Shown here: in pieces, positions 37,503-47,850 of the stretch | Numbering within the stretch: position 1 is the first letter of the stretch | How the letters are laid out: each line of letters starts with the position of its first letter | Assembly: GCF_050301095.1 (NCBI RefSeq) | Contig: NZ_JBNKYW010000267.1 | Coordinates: forward strand, 37,590-101,589 | Direction: 5' to 3' | Length of the DNA: 64,000 nucleotides | DNA from: Roseibium sp. | GTDB taxonomy: Bacteria > Pseudomonadota > Alphaproteobacteria > Rhizobiales > Stappiaceae | Notes under the pieces: model-generated | The model's input: only the letters and a program-made list of their open reading frames with translations | What the model was told of the DNA's origin: nothing | Database searches by the model: none | Position numbers and translations under genes: made by a program

Positions 37503-38543
37503 TTACCCTAGTTGCTCTTTCAGGAGCGATACAAAGTCGCTCTGCGGCTTCACCTGCCCGGCCTCGACGCCACGCCGGGTCAGGATCGGCGGGTTGACAA
37601 GGCTGTCCAGCAGCCTGGCTTCGTCGTCGTTGAGCTCCAGCATTGCTTCCAGCACCGTTGCCATCATCACCTCGGAGGCACGGGTCGCACCGTCGTCGCA
37701 TTTGAGGGCGACACCGAAGCCGAGCTCCGGAATGGAAGCGCAGAAGACCCCTTCCGCGCCCGTCTTGACAAACACCCTTCCCCGGAAGCCTTCCATCACC
37801 CTGGTGCAGAACCGGCCGGCGCCGGCGACCATGTAGGGTTCGTTGATGCAGGCGTCAAAGATCCTCTCGGCAGATTCCGCCCGCAGCGGCTCCAGCCCGT
37901 CGCCGGTTCCGAAGCGGGCGAAGGCCGTCGCGAAGCTTTGCAGCGGTGACGCATAGGTCGGAATGGAACAGCCGTCGGTACCGCAGACATCCTCCGACAG
38001 CGTGTCGCCGGTCAATTGCTCCATCACCAGGCGAACTTCGCGCTGCACCGGATGGCCGGCCTCGACATAACCACGGGTATCGACGCCCATCACCTTGGCA
38101 AGACCCAGGAACCCGGCATGCTTGCCCGAACAGTTGTTGTGGAGACCGCAAGGCGTCTCGTCCGCCAGAATCAGTTTGGCCGCATCCTCCATGCGATTGG
38201 GCCACTGCGGACCGCATTCCAGGTCGTCTTCACTCAGCCCCGCTTTCAGCAGCATCACCCGGGCAGCATTGGCGTGGATTTCCTCGCCGTTGTGAGACGC
38301 ACAGGCAAGGGACAGTTCCGCGTCGGTGAGGTCGAGCGCGTCGGCGGCACCCGATTCCACCAGCGGCAGGGCCTGTAGCGCCTTGATGGCAGATCTCGGA
38401 AAGACTCGCATGTCGACATTGCCGATGCTGCAGACGAGTTTTCCGGACGTGTCGGCAATCGCCACGCTGCCGCGATGGCGGCTCTCGGTCACGGCGCCAC
38501 GGGTGACGTCCACCAGAACCGGGTTGTCCATGTCGTTTCTCAT
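37503..38543 (-). CDS. Asparaginase II family (Rhizobium-type L-asparaginase)
   Basis: 346 aa. TESRHRGSVAI, PRSAIKALQALP, ACASHNGE, NNCSGKHAGF and GTDGCSIP match the thermolabile Rhizobium AnsA-type family. Confidence 0.85.
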   Translation of the reverse strand: MRNDMDNPVLVDVTRGAVTESRHRGSVAIADTSGKLVCSIGNVDMRVFPRSAIKALQALPLVESGAADALDLTDAELSLACASHNGEEIHANAARVMLLKAGLSEDDLECGPQWPNRMEDAAKLILADETPCGLHNNCSGKHAGFLGLAKVMGVDTRGYVEAGHPVQREVRLVMEQLTGDTLSEDVCGTDGCSIPTYASPLQSFATAFARFGTGDGLEPLRAESAERIFDACINEPYMVAGAGRFCTRVMEGFRGRVFVKTGAEGVFCASIPELGFGVALKCDDGATRASEVMMATVLEAMLELNDDEARLLDSLVNPPILTRRGVEAGQVKPQSDFVSLLKEQLG

Positions 38544-38565
38544 TTCCGTTGAGTGTCCTGTCAGG

Positions 38566-39744
38566 CTATGCGGATTCGGCCCGCTCGGCAGTCAAAAAAG
38601 CGGACAGACGCGCCCGCGCCTCGTCGATGACAGCGTCCTGTTTGCAGAAGCAGAAGCGGATGTAGCCGGTCGGCGCGTCCGCACCGTAAAACGCCGAAAC
38701 GGGAACGGCGGCGACCCCGGCCTCCTTGACCAGGGTCTCGCAAGCTTCGACATCGGTCTCGCCAAGACCGAGCCCGTCAATTCCGCAAGTCAGGAAATAG
38801 GTCGCCGCGCAGGGCAGAACCGAAAAGCCGAGACCTTCCAGCCCCCTTGCCATCCTGTCGCGTTTTGCCGTCAGGTCCTGCACCAGGCCATCGTAGTAGT
38901 CGTTCCCCTTCTTCAGGCCATAGGCAACCGCCTTCTGCAGGTTCGGAGGCGTGGTAAAGGTCACCCACTGGTGGGCCTTGGCAATCGGATCCATGAGATG
39001 CGCCGGACCTGTGACATAACCGACCTTCCAGCCTGTGAGCGAAAATGTCTTGCCGGCCGATCCGATCCTGACGCTGCGCTCGCGCATGCCCTCGAAGGTC
39101 ATCAGCGGCCGGTGAACCTTGCCGTCGAAAACGAGATGCTCGTATACCTCGTCGCAGATCGCATAGGCATCATGCCGGACGCAAAGATCGGCGATGAACT
39201 GCAGCTCATCCTCCGAAAACACCTTCGCTGTCGGGTTCATCGGATTGTTGAGGAGGATCGCCTTTGTCTTGTCCGAAAAGGCATCCGCCAGCGCCTCCCT
39301 GTCCAGAGCCCACTGCGGCGGTGTGACCCGCACTCGCACCGGAATGCCCCCGGCGCGCCTGACGAGCGGCAGGTAGCAGTCGTAAAGCGGCTCGATCAGC
39401 ACCACTTCGTCGCCGGGCGAAATCAGCGAAAGAATGCAGTCGGCCAGCGCCTCGGTCGCCCCGGATGTCACCAGCACCTCGGTCTGAGGATCGACATCAA
39501 GACCGTAGAAGCGCAAGTTTGCTTCAGCGACCGCCTCGCGAAGCTCCGGCAAACCGAGCATTGGCGGATACTGGTTCGGCCCATCGATCAAGGCTTCCGC
39601 CGCAACCTTGCGGATATCTTCCGGCCCGTCCACGTCCGGAAACCCCTGCCCCAGGTTCACCGCGTAATGCGCTTTCGCCAGACGCGACATGGTTTCGAAA
39701 ACGGTGGTGTCGATGCCGGTAAAAACCGGATTGGTCGGTTTCAT
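38566..39744 (-). CDS. Class I/II pyridoxal-phosphate aminotransferase (methionine/kynurenine aminotransferase-like)
   Basis: 392 aa from the ATG at 39744 (MKPTNPVFTGIDTTVFETMSRLA...NLGQGFPD). It has LNNPMNPT and SAGKTFSLTGWKVGY (PLP-Lys) motifs. The listed 1049-aa ORF is this gene plus an antisense read-through. Confidence 0.9.
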   Translation of the reverse strand: MKPTNPVFTGIDTTVFETMSRLAKAHYAVNLGQGFPDVDGPEDIRKVAAEALIDGPNQYPPMLGLPELREAVAEANLRFYGLDVDPQTEVLVTSGATEALADCILSLISPGDEVVLIEPLYDCYLPLVRRAGGIPVRVRVTPPQWALDREALADAFSDKTKAILLNNPMNPTAKVFSEDELQFIADLCVRHDAYAICDEVYEHLVFDGKVHRPLMTFEGMRERSVRIGSAGKTFSLTGWKVGYVTGPAHLMDPIAKAHQWVTFTTPPNLQKAVAYGLKKGNDYYDGLVQDLTAKRDRMARGLEGLGFSVLPCAATYFLTCGIDGLGLGETDVEACETLVKEAGVAAVPVSAFYGADAPTGYIRFCFCKQDAVIDEARARLSAFLTAERAESA

Positions 39745-39921
39745 TGTCTCTCCCGCGAGCTTTTTGCGAGTTCTAATCCTCCTCTTCCGGTCCGTCGAGC
39801 ATTTTCCACTTCCGCGGCGGCGGCCGGGGAACCGGACACCATGCGTTTTTGCAGAACCTTCGTTTGACTCTCTCCGCCCGTGAAGTTCTGATGTTTTCAG
39901 GACTATCCGGGAGGGCAGACC

Positions 39922-41712
39922 ATGATCGGCGTAATCATCGGAATTGTGGCAATCGCTTTGGGTGTCAGCATTATCCTGCGGCGCACGGGGGCGCCCGTCG
40001 GCAGTCACCGCATCGTGCGGGTTTTCGGCAGCAGGATCATGGGAATCTTCCTGACCGTGGTCGGCGTCTTCCTGCTGCTGTCCACTTCCTTCATTTTTGT
40101 CGATGCCAATTATGTCGGCCATCTGAAGCGCATCTACGCCTTCAAGGAACTTCCCCAGGGGCGGATACTGGCACTGGATGGCGAAAAAGGCCCGCAGGCG
40201 CAGATCCTCGGTCCCGGTTTCCATTTCATTCCGCTTGTCCGCGTTCTTTATGATTTCGAAGAATGGGAAATCGTAACCATTCCGGAAGGCTACTACGGCC
40301 AGCTGACCACTCTCGACGGCCAGGCGATGCCCTCCGGCATGTTCATGGCGCCCTCCATTCCGGACGACCGGGTGGCGGACATGCTGAATGCGGACAGTTT
40401 CCTGACCAAGGGCGGCTTGCGCGGCCCACAGGAAACCGTTCTCAAGCCCGGTCAATACCGGCTCAACCGCTATCTTTTCGACGTGACCCTGAACGAAAAC
40501 ACCAATGCCACCATCATCCCCGCCGGGCACGTCGGCGTGGTCAAATCGAATGTCAGCCAGCCCGGCATCAACTGCGTCGAGGAGGAGGTCTCCGCCTCCA
40601 ACGTCTCCCGAGAGGCATTGACGGTCCCGCTGGTGCCGCGCGGCTGTGTCGGCATCTGGAAGGAACCGCTGTTTCCAGGCGCCTACTACCTCAACCGGCA
40701 GGCCTATGAGGTGACCCTCGTCGACACGCGGGTCCAGACCTGGGAATACAAGGGTGGCTACACCAAGCGTATTATCGACCTGTCCGTGGACCAGCAGGGC
40801 AACATCCAGCAAAACGAACGGTCCGTTCAGGAGAAAATCCCCGATGATGCGGCCGACCGGGCGGTCTATGTGAAAGTCGAGGGCTGGGACATCCCTCTGG
40901 AACTCAGGGCCCTGGTCCAGGTCGACCCGGACAACGCCCCCGTGGTTGTCGGCTCTGTCGGCGGGCTTGAGGAAATCGAGAACCGGATCCTGACCCCGGC
41001 CATCCGGTCCATCGTCAGGAATGTCGCCGGAGCCTCGATCCGGGTTCCGGACAAGAACCCCGACGGAACGCTGGTTCAACCGGCTAGTTTCACCGTGCGC
41101 CCGACCCGCGTGCTGGACCTCATCGAAAACCGCGATGCCCTTGAGCAGACCATCGAGCAGCAGATCAAGGTGGAAGGCAACAAGGCCGGTGTCGACATTC
41201 GCGAAATCAGACTCGGCGAACCGGCCATTCCGCCTGAGTTGCTGGTCTCGCGCCTCCGCGTCCAGCTGGCCGACCAGCTTTCCATCGCCTATGAACGGGA
41301 AACGGACGCCCAGCAGAAGCGCATCGAAACCGAACAGGCCCGCTCCACCGCCGATGAACAGCCCCGGCTCGTCGAAGCCCAGATCGCCGTGCAGGTGGCC
41401 AACCAGCGCGAGCAGGAACGCGCGGCTCTCGGGCGCGCGGAACGTCAGTACCTGGAAGAGTTGGCGCGCGGCCAGCGGGCGCAGGTCGACGTACTCGGCC
41501 AGGACAGGGTTGCCCTTTTGCAGGCGCTCGAGAAGCTTCTGAATTCCCTGGAACGCAAGCCCGAACTCGTCGGACTTGTCGGCAAGCTGGTCCCCAACAC
41601 CGTTGTCGGCGGCGACACCGGCTTTGCAGGCGCCGCTGCCCTCCTCGGCGCCAGCCTCGGCGGAATCCAGGGGCAATCCGGGTCGCAAGGCCGGACAACA
41701 GGCGGTCAGTAA
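39922..41712 (+). CDS. Large membrane-anchored SPFH/band-7 (flotillin-like) protein
   Basis: 596 aa with two N-terminal TM helices, an SPFH-like core beginning ILGPGFHFIPLV, and a long C-terminal coiled coil rich in E/Q/R/A. Confidence 0.72.
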   Translation: MIGVIIGIVAIALGVSIILRRTGAPVGSHRIVRVFGSRIMGIFLTVVGVFLLLSTSFIFVDANYVGHLKRIYAFKELPQGRILALDGEKGPQAQILGPGFHFIPLVRVLYDFEEWEIVTIPEGYYGQLTTLDGQAMPSGMFMAPSIPDDRVADMLNADSFLTKGGLRGPQETVLKPGQYRLNRYLFDVTLNENTNATIIPAGHVGVVKSNVSQPGINCVEEEVSASNVSREALTVPLVPRGCVGIWKEPLFPGAYYLNRQAYEVTLVDTRVQTWEYKGGYTKRIIDLSVDQQGNIQQNERSVQEKIPDDAADRAVYVKVEGWDIPLELRALVQVDPDNAPVVVGSVGGLEEIENRILTPAIRSIVRNVAGASIRVPDKNPDGTLVQPASFTVRPTRVLDLIENRDALEQTIEQQIKVEGNKAGVDIREIRLGEPAIPPELLVSRLRVQLADQLSIAYERETDAQQKRIETEQARSTADEQPRLVEAQIAVQVANQREQERAALGRAERQYLEELARGQRAQVDVLGQDRVALLQALEKLLNSLERKPELVGLVGKLVPNTVVGGDTGFAGAAALLGASLGGIQGQSGSQGRTTGGQ

Positions 41713-41801
41713 CAAGGCCCTTCAGGACAAACCGTGGCGGGCACTCCCCGCTACGGTTCATCCGCATGCTGTGTCGCCTCTTTCCCCCGGGCCTGTTTTC
41801 C

Positions 41802-42608
41802 TCAAACCTGTTCAAGAGCACCTGTCGGGTAGAAGGCGGGCAGAGACGATTGCCAGTCAGGCCGGACAGGCCTTTCTGGTCTCCGCTCCAACCGGGATTG
41901 TTTCTTGCCGGTTGAGAAATCGATATCCGGGTCAACCATCAGGCGCCTCAGAACCGCTTCGATCCTGGGCACGAGATCTGCATGCCGTTCGTGCAGCAGG
42001 TGATAGAAGGCAACCTCGCGCAAGGACGGCAACAGCGGAAAAACACCCTTCAACTCCGCGTCCCGGATGATCCGGCGGCCGGTTTCTTCCCCCACGATGA
42101 CAAGATCGATCCGGTCATGGTGCAGCATCTCGAACAATTGCTCGGGCGTATCCGCCTCCCAGATTTCTGCAAACCCGACGGCGGCTTCGCTCGCGAATCT
42201 GGCACCTGCAACGTGTCCCACCCGCAGATGCTTGAGTTCAGCCAGCGCCTTTCCTCTGAGAGGCTGCTTGTTCGTATAGGCGAATATGCGCGCAACGACC
42301 AAGGGAACATCGACCCGTATGAGCGTCTGATATTTGTCGGCGACACTGCTTACGCGGACCAGTTCACCGTCGGTCACGCCGGAGGCGGAATCCAGAAGCG
42401 CCCTCTGCGGATTTTCGACAACCGTTTCAATCCGTATTCCCAGTTCCGCATAGGCTCTGACAAGGATCTTCCTGGCAATAGGTGTCAAGTTCGGCGCTTC
42501 GAAAGCCGAGAAACGAAGTTGCTGCTGCGCGGATGCGCCGGCAACAGAAAGCATAAGTGCGAGAAGAGCACAGACGGTAAGCCGGCCCATCTTTTCCTCT
42601 TCAGTCAA
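41802..42608 (-). CDS. Periplasmic solute-binding protein, family 3 (orphan)
   Basis: Signal peptide MGRLTVCALLALMLSVAGASAQQ and a type-2 periplasmic binding fold pattern. There is no adjacent permease or ATPase. Confidence 0.78.
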   Translation of the reverse strand: MTEEEKMGRLTVCALLALMLSVAGASAQQQLRFSAFEAPNLTPIARKILVRAYAELGIRIETVVENPQRALLDSASGVTDGELVRVSSVADKYQTLIRVDVPLVVARIFAYTNKQPLRGKALAELKHLRVGHVAGARFASEAAVGFAEIWEADTPEQLFEMLHHDRIDLVIVGEETGRRIIRDAELKGVFPLLPSLREVAFYHLLHERHADLVPRIEAVLRRLMVDPDIDFSTGKKQSRLERRPERPVRPDWQSSLPAFYPTGALEQV

Positions 42609-42885
42609 TTCGGCGCACAGAATTTATAGAAATCACAGCCTTGCCGAGAAAAACTTGGAATCACATCGCAATAGTAGAAGCAACTTTACGTAAAGTTAAC
42701 CCCGTTTCGCAACCAATCGGCCAAAATGCACGGCGATAACGGGGAATTGAATTTCGTGGACCATCGGAGGAAGCAACTTGAACGGCTCTTGGGAACGGAG
42801 AAGTGCCCGTGACGCAGCCACAAGGCAACGCCTCCAGCGAGAAACGTGAAGTTGAAGCCGGAATTGCAAGTCCACGCGCTTGGTG

Positions 42886-43638
42886 TCAGGTCTGGGCGCC
42901 GTAATACTCGCGGGCGATCCTGTCCACGAACCCCTCGTCAACGAGTTCCTTGACGATCCTGTTCAAGGTTTCGACTTGCTTTGACCAAGGCGATTTCTTT
43001 GAAATGCCGAGGTAAAGATCGACGGAATTTCCCGGGTTATATGGCGTTTTTTCGATCTTGGACGTGAGCCCTTGCCGCTTGATGAAATAATCGACCTGGC
43101 AGTCCGTGCCAATCATGACACTGATGTGCTGCTTGATCAGCATGTCGATCAGGGCGTCTTCCTGCGCAACGCCGACCTTTGTCAACGTTTCGTCCTTGTC
43201 GAAGCGTTCAAAATAGGCCGAATGCAGGACAAACCCGATTTCCCGATCTGCGAGATCTTCGTAGGTTTTGATGGAACCTGCTTCGCCGTTGAGCATGTAG
43301 AAGGCCGTCGTGCACTTGAAATAGGGCGTTTGCGTATAGGTGATGTATTTGGCCCGCTCGTCCCGGTATGCCAACCCCGTCATGACATCGACGGCGCCAC
43401 TTTGCATGGAGGTCAGTCCACGTCCCCAGGGCATCTTGACGACCTGCAGGTCCGCCTTCGCCCTGCGGGCGATTTCATCGATCAGATCGAGATCCAACCC
43501 CACAAGCGCGCCCTTTTGGGTGATCCGGAACGGAGGCCAGTCATCGGTGGCCAGGACCATTTCTCCGGCATCCGCCGTGGGAGCGGCCAGAAAAAGGGCA
43601 GGAAGCAGGACGAGGAGCCTGAAGCGAGCATAAAACAC
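42886..43638 (-). CDS. Periplasmic solute-binding protein, family 3 (orphan)
   Basis: 250 aa with signal peptide LLVLLPALFLAAPTADA, a DDWPPF motif and GLAYRDERAKYITYT. There is no adjacent permease or ATPase. Confidence 0.78.
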   Translation of the reverse strand: MFYARFRLLVLLPALFLAAPTADAGEMVLATDDWPPFRITQKGALVGLDLDLIDEIARRAKADLQVVKMPWGRGLTSMQSGAVDVMTGLAYRDERAKYITYTQTPYFKCTTAFYMLNGEAGSIKTYEDLADREIGFVLHSAYFERFDKDETLTKVGVAQEDALIDMLIKQHISVMIGTDCQVDYFIKRQGLTSKIEKTPYNPGNSVDLYLGISKKSPWSKQVETLNRIVKELVDEGFVDRIAREYYGAQT

Positions 43639-44020
43639 AACAACAACCCCAAATTAAGAAGAGACTGAAAGTTGCTACACGCAAGCATCAAATAGTATCA
43701 TGTTTTCATAATCAATATCGTCACTTTTCCCAAGAAACGAAGTTGATTGAATACGTTATTTTATTTCGTAAATCTCGCTCCCGAGCGCAACTTTGAGCTG
43801 AAAATATTTCTTTACTTCACGCACGCCCCCGGACGCAGCCTGAAGAATCAATCACGAATGACTGATTTCTTTCGGAATTCGCATGGCTGCCATCCGGTAC
43901 ACGGCTTGCTGCATTGCAAAAAATACTTTAGAAACCCAGCAAATTGATCCAGGTCAAACAGCCGGTCCGGGCAGACGTGGCGCTGACCGTTGCAACTCAA
44001 TACAAATTCTGGAGCTTGAC

Positions 44021-45610
44021 TTGTCTGCAAGAGCCGCGGCCTCTGCGCCTGCAAAATCGATTAAACTGGATGCCTCGCGCATCAAGACGGAGCTTCTGGC
44101 CGGTTTGACCGTTGCTCTGGCCCTCGTGCCGGAAGCTGTCGCTTTTGCCTTTGTTGCCGGTGTCAACCCGCTGGTCGGCCTTTACGCCGCCTTCTTTGTC
44201 GGACTGATCACCGCCTGCATCGGTGGCCGGCCCGGCATGATCTCAGGCGCGACCGGGGCACTTGCGGTCGTCATGGTGACACTGGTTGCGCGCCACGGTG
44301 TAGAATATCTCTTTGCAACAGTCGTGCTGATGGGGCTGATCCAGATCGGTGTCGGTCTTCTGAAATGGGGCAAGTTCATCAGAATGGTCCCTCACCCGGT
44401 CATGCTGGGTTTCGTGAACGGTCTGGCTATCGTGATTTTCATGGCCCAGCTCGGCCAGTTCAAGGTGCCGGACGGAGCCGGCGGTCTCACCTGGATGAGC
44501 GGGTCCCAGCTTTACCTGATGCTGGGCCTTGTCGCCGTCACCATGGCCGTTATCTGGTTCCTGCCGAGAATCACCCGCGCTTTCCCGGCGCCGCTGGCCG
44601 GTATTCTCGTCGTCACGGCCCTGGTGCTCGGCTTTGACCTCGACACGCGTTCCGTCGGCGATCTGGCGTCCATTTCCGGCGGCCTGCCCGCCTTTCACAT
44701 TCCCATGGTGCCCCTGACCTGGGAAACCCTGGAAATCATCCTTCCGTACGCGATCATCCTGTCGGCGATCGGCCTGATCGAATCTCTTTTGACGCTCAAT
44801 CTTGTGGCCGACCTTACCAACACCAAGGGGGGCGCCTCCAAGGAATGCATCGCCCAGGGTACGGCCAACGTCGTCACCGGCTTCTTCGGCGGCATGGGCG
44901 GCTGCGCCATGATCGGCCAGTCGATGATCAACGTGAAATCCGGCGCACGCACGCGCATCTCGGGCATCGCCGCTGCCCTGTTCCTGCTCTCCTTTATCGT
45001 GGTCGCATCCGGGTTGATCGAGCAGATCCCCGTCGCCGCCCTGGTCGGTGTCATGTTCATGGTGGTGATCGGCACCTTTGCCTGGGCCAGCCTGAAGATC
45101 GTACACAAGATCCCGCTTACCGACGCCCTTGTCATGGTGGTGGTCACCTGCGTGACCGTCTATTCAGACCTTGCGGTCGCGGTCGTCGTCGGCGTGATCA
45201 TCTCCGCGCTTGCCTATGCCTGGAACGCGGCCAGCCGCATCAACGCCCGTATCGGAACCAGCAAGGAAGGCTGGAAGGTTTACCGGCTTTCCGGCCCCCT
45301 GTTCTTCGGGTCCACAACCGGCTTCACCGACCTGTTCGACCCGCAGAGCGATCCGGAGGATGTTGTGGTCGACTTCATCGACAGCCGGGTTGTCGACCAC
45401 TCCGGCCTGGAGGCCATCGATGCGCTCGCCTCCAAATACGAGGCTGCCGGCAAGCGGCTTCATCTGCGCCACCTTTCTCCGGACTGCACCAGGCTCCTCG
45501 CCAAGGCCGGAAACCTTGTCGAAGTCTCGGTCCTGGAAGACCCGGACTACGAAATTGCCGTCGACTACGGCCACACATTCGAGGAAGCGGAGCCGGAAAA
45601 GACGGCTTGA
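44021..45610 (+). CDS. SulP family anion transporter with a C-terminal STAS domain
   Basis: [20 protein letters not shown], a polytopic core and a STAS end ([26 protein letters not shown]). The proposed start is the TTG at 44021, 6 nt after GGAG. ORF 43883..45610 would add an atypical 46-aa leader. Confidence 0.85.
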   Translation: MSARAAASAPAKSIKLDASRIKTELLAGLTVALALVPEAVAFAFVAGVNPLVGLYAAFFVGLITACIGGRPGMISGATGALAVVMVTLVARHGVEYLFATVVLMGLIQIGVGLLKWGKFIRMVPHPVMLGFVNGLAIVIFMAQLGQFKVPDGAGGLTWMSGSQLYLMLGLVAVTMAVIWFLPRITRAFPAPLAGILVVTALVLGFDLDTRSVGDLASISGGLPAFHIPMVPLTWETLEIILPYAIILSAIGLIESLLTLNLVADLTNTKGGASKECIAQGTANVVTGFFGGMGGCAMIGQSMINVKSGARTRISGIAAALFLLSFIVVASGLIEQIPVAALVGVMFMVVIGTFAWASLKIVHKIPLTDALVMVVVTCVTVYSDLAVAVVVGVIISALAYAWNAASRINARIGTSKEGWKVYRLSGPLFFGSTTGFTDLFDPQSDPEDVVVDFIDSRVVDHSGLEAIDALASKYEAAGKRLHLRHLSPDCTRLLAKAGNLVEVSVLEDPDYEIAVDYGHTFEEAEPEKTA

Positions 45611-45653
45611 GGTCAGCGGCCCCTCGGGCCACAACCGGAATCAGGCTTTCAGG

Positions 45654-45691
45654 AAGTCCCGCAAGGCGATTGATCTTGCGGGACTTTTTTT
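45654..45691 (+). terminator. Rho-independent terminator
   Basis: Perfect 12-bp stem aagtcccgcaag / cttgcgggactt with a 9-nt loop, running into T7. Confidence 0.72.
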
Positions 45692-45811
45692 GAACCGCCT
45701 TGCCGTCCTCGTCCGGCTCGCCGGACATCCTGACGAGATACGGATTGCTTTGCTCTCAATCGGTGAACCCGTTATTGGTAATTTGACCGATTCAGATATT
45801 CAGGCAGGAAC

Positions 45812-47626
45812 GTGTCCCTCAGACGGCGCCTTCACATCACGCCAACGCTGACAACAGTGATCGGCGGTTTCGTCTTCGTGACTGCCGCACTGGTGCTGCT
45901 CGTGCAGGCCTCCACGTCCGAGAAGATCGTTCGCAAGCTGGGCGGGTCCCTGATCAATGTCGGCATGCAGTCGCTCGACCGGGCCTTCAGCTCACAGATC
46001 GAGGCCGTGGAGGAAGCCGGAAAATACACCGCTTCTGCCTTGCAAAGCGGCAGCATCCTGATGCGGCATCCGCAGGAGGTCGCCGACTATCTCTACGGCA
46101 TGCTTGCGCCGCTCGAATTTGTTTCCTTCGTCATCATCGCGGACAAAAACGGGAATTTTGTCCAGATCAACAGGTCAACGGACAACAGCATTCTGATTCC
46201 GCAGTTCGTTCCCGTGACCGACAACACCCACCTGCTGACCGGCCTGATTGCGGAAACAGCCGGCAAGACGGATGCCTTCTGGATCGGCCCGGACTACTAT
46301 CCCCAGCGTCAGCACACATACATCGCCCACGTGCAGCCGGTTGCCACCGGCGGAATATACGAAGGCCTCGTCATCGTGGCGATGTCGATGGAACGTCTTT
46401 CCGAAATCACACGCGAGATCTCCACGGACCTGGTGAAGGTCTTCATCATCAATCCGGAGAGCCACGAACTGATCGCCCACCCCCAGCTTGAGGAGGTGTT
46501 CGACCAGTTGTCCCCCACCTCCCCCCTGATCGGGTTGGAACACGTTCCGGACGATTTTTTGAAAACCCTCAAGGAAACCAGCATTGTCGAGGAAGATGGC
46601 TATGGCCTCGCGAGCGGAATGGAGCTGCGGGCCGGTTTCGATTCTCTCGGCAAGAAACGGTTTATCGTCCTGCAGGGTCCCGAATTCGGCCCGACAGGAT
46701 TGCCGATCTCCATCGGCGCGCATTTTCCGGGAAAGATTCTGGAGCAGCCTCTGGAACAGCTCACCGATGCTGTCCTCATCGCCCTTGCCCTGCTCGGCCT
46801 GTCTCTTGTCGGCGCCGGTCTGCTGGCTTACCGGATAGGACAACCCATCCGCAGGGCTGCCATGGGCGCGCGGGCGGTTGCCAACCTCGATCTGGACAAG
46901 GTCAAGCTTTTGCCGCCAAGCTTCGTGCGCGAACTCGACGACCTGGCAAGCGGGTTCAATTCCATGGTCGGTGGCCTGACCGCTTTCAGCAGATATGTTC
47001 CAAAGACGCTGGTGCAGAAGCTTCTGCGTGAAGGCCGGGCCGAGGCGCCACCCGAAGAACGGGACGTGGCTGTGCTTTTCACCGACATCGCCGGCTTCAC
47101 CTCCGCTTCCGAAGGCATGTCGGCGACGGAAACCGCCGCCTTCGTCAACCGGCACCTTTCGATACTTGGAGCGGAAATCACCCGGCAGGGCGGGACGATC
47201 GACAAATACATCGGCGACAGCGTCATGGCCTTCTGGGGCGCACCGGAACGCCTGGAAAACCCGGCAGAGCCGGCCGCGCGCGCCGCCCTTGGAATGGCGA
47301 AGGCCATCCACGAAGACAACAAGCTGCGCACAGCCCGGGCAGTGGCGCCCGTACGCGTCAGGATAGGCCTCCACATGGGCCCGCTCGTCGTTGGCGATAT
47401 CGGCGCGCCGGAGCGCGTCAATTACACGGTCATCGGCGACACCGTGAATGCGGCCTCCCGGCTGGAGAGCCTCGGCAAGGAAATCGATGCCAACGCCGAA
47501 GTGATCATACTCGCCTCCAGCGAGATCGGAGAAAGACTGCCCCCCGACATCCGCCGGAAGTCTATCGGCGTCCACTCGGTCAAGGGCCGCAAGGAACAGT
47601 TGGAGGTGGTTCGGCTGGAGACCTGA
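45812..47626 (+). CDS. Class III adenylate/guanylate cyclase with a periplasmic Cache-like sensor and HAMP domain
   Basis: 604 aa: TM, ~290-aa Cache-like periplasmic region (FVIIADKNGNFVQI), TM, HAMP, then a cyclase domain (VAVLFTDIAGFT, KYIGDSVMAFWGAP, YTVIGDTVNAASRLE). Confidence 0.88.
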   Translation: MSLRRRLHITPTLTTVIGGFVFVTAALVLLVQASTSEKIVRKLGGSLINVGMQSLDRAFSSQIEAVEEAGKYTASALQSGSILMRHPQEVADYLYGMLAPLEFVSFVIIADKNGNFVQINRSTDNSILIPQFVPVTDNTHLLTGLIAETAGKTDAFWIGPDYYPQRQHTYIAHVQPVATGGIYEGLVIVAMSMERLSEITREISTDLVKVFIINPESHELIAHPQLEEVFDQLSPTSPLIGLEHVPDDFLKTLKETSIVEEDGYGLASGMELRAGFDSLGKKRFIVLQGPEFGPTGLPISIGAHFPGKILEQPLEQLTDAVLIALALLGLSLVGAGLLAYRIGQPIRRAAMGARAVANLDLDKVKLLPPSFVRELDDLASGFNSMVGGLTAFSRYVPKTLVQKLLREGRAEAPPEERDVAVLFTDIAGFTSASEGMSATETAAFVNRHLSILGAEITRQGGTIDKYIGDSVMAFWGAPERLENPAEPAARAALGMAKAIHEDNKLRTARAVAPVRVRIGLHMGPLVVGDIGAPERVNYTVIGDTVNAASRLESLGKEIDANAEVIILASSEIGERLPPDIRRKSIGVHSVKGRKEQLEVVRLET

Positions 47627-47767
47627 CATCCGGCGCGCCCGACGCTGTGCCAAACTGGCTTCCAGCCGCTTTTTCCGGCCCCGAAATCACTCCACTCCAA
47701 AAGGGCGGACACTGTAAAAATCGCGGATCACGACGCCCTGGCTCACGCAAGTGCCACTTCTGCTAAT

Positions 47768-47796
47768 TTGTGGACTACGGCAAAAAATGCTATATG
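47768..47796 (+). promoter_or_regulatory. Candidate sigma-70-type promoter for the 47851 operon
   Basis: TTGTGG-N17-TATATG, embedded in gCTATATg. This resembles the rhizobial CTTGAC-N17-CTATAT consensus. It lies about 55 nt upstream of the ATG at 47851 in an AT-rich stretch. Confidence 0.35.
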
Positions 47797-47850
47797 GTTC
47801 AAAGCGAAACACTCCCTTAACTCCCTGTTTTTTATGTTTTACGGTGTCTT

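Noticed and set aside
39745-41715. The upstream 650 codons of the listed 1049-aa minus-strand ORF (38566..41715).
   Set aside because: Only the last 392 codons (38566..39744) are aminotransferase. The remainder is antisense to the SPFH gene and crosses the 177-nt intergenic region, so the long ORF is a chimera of a real gene and a shadow frame.
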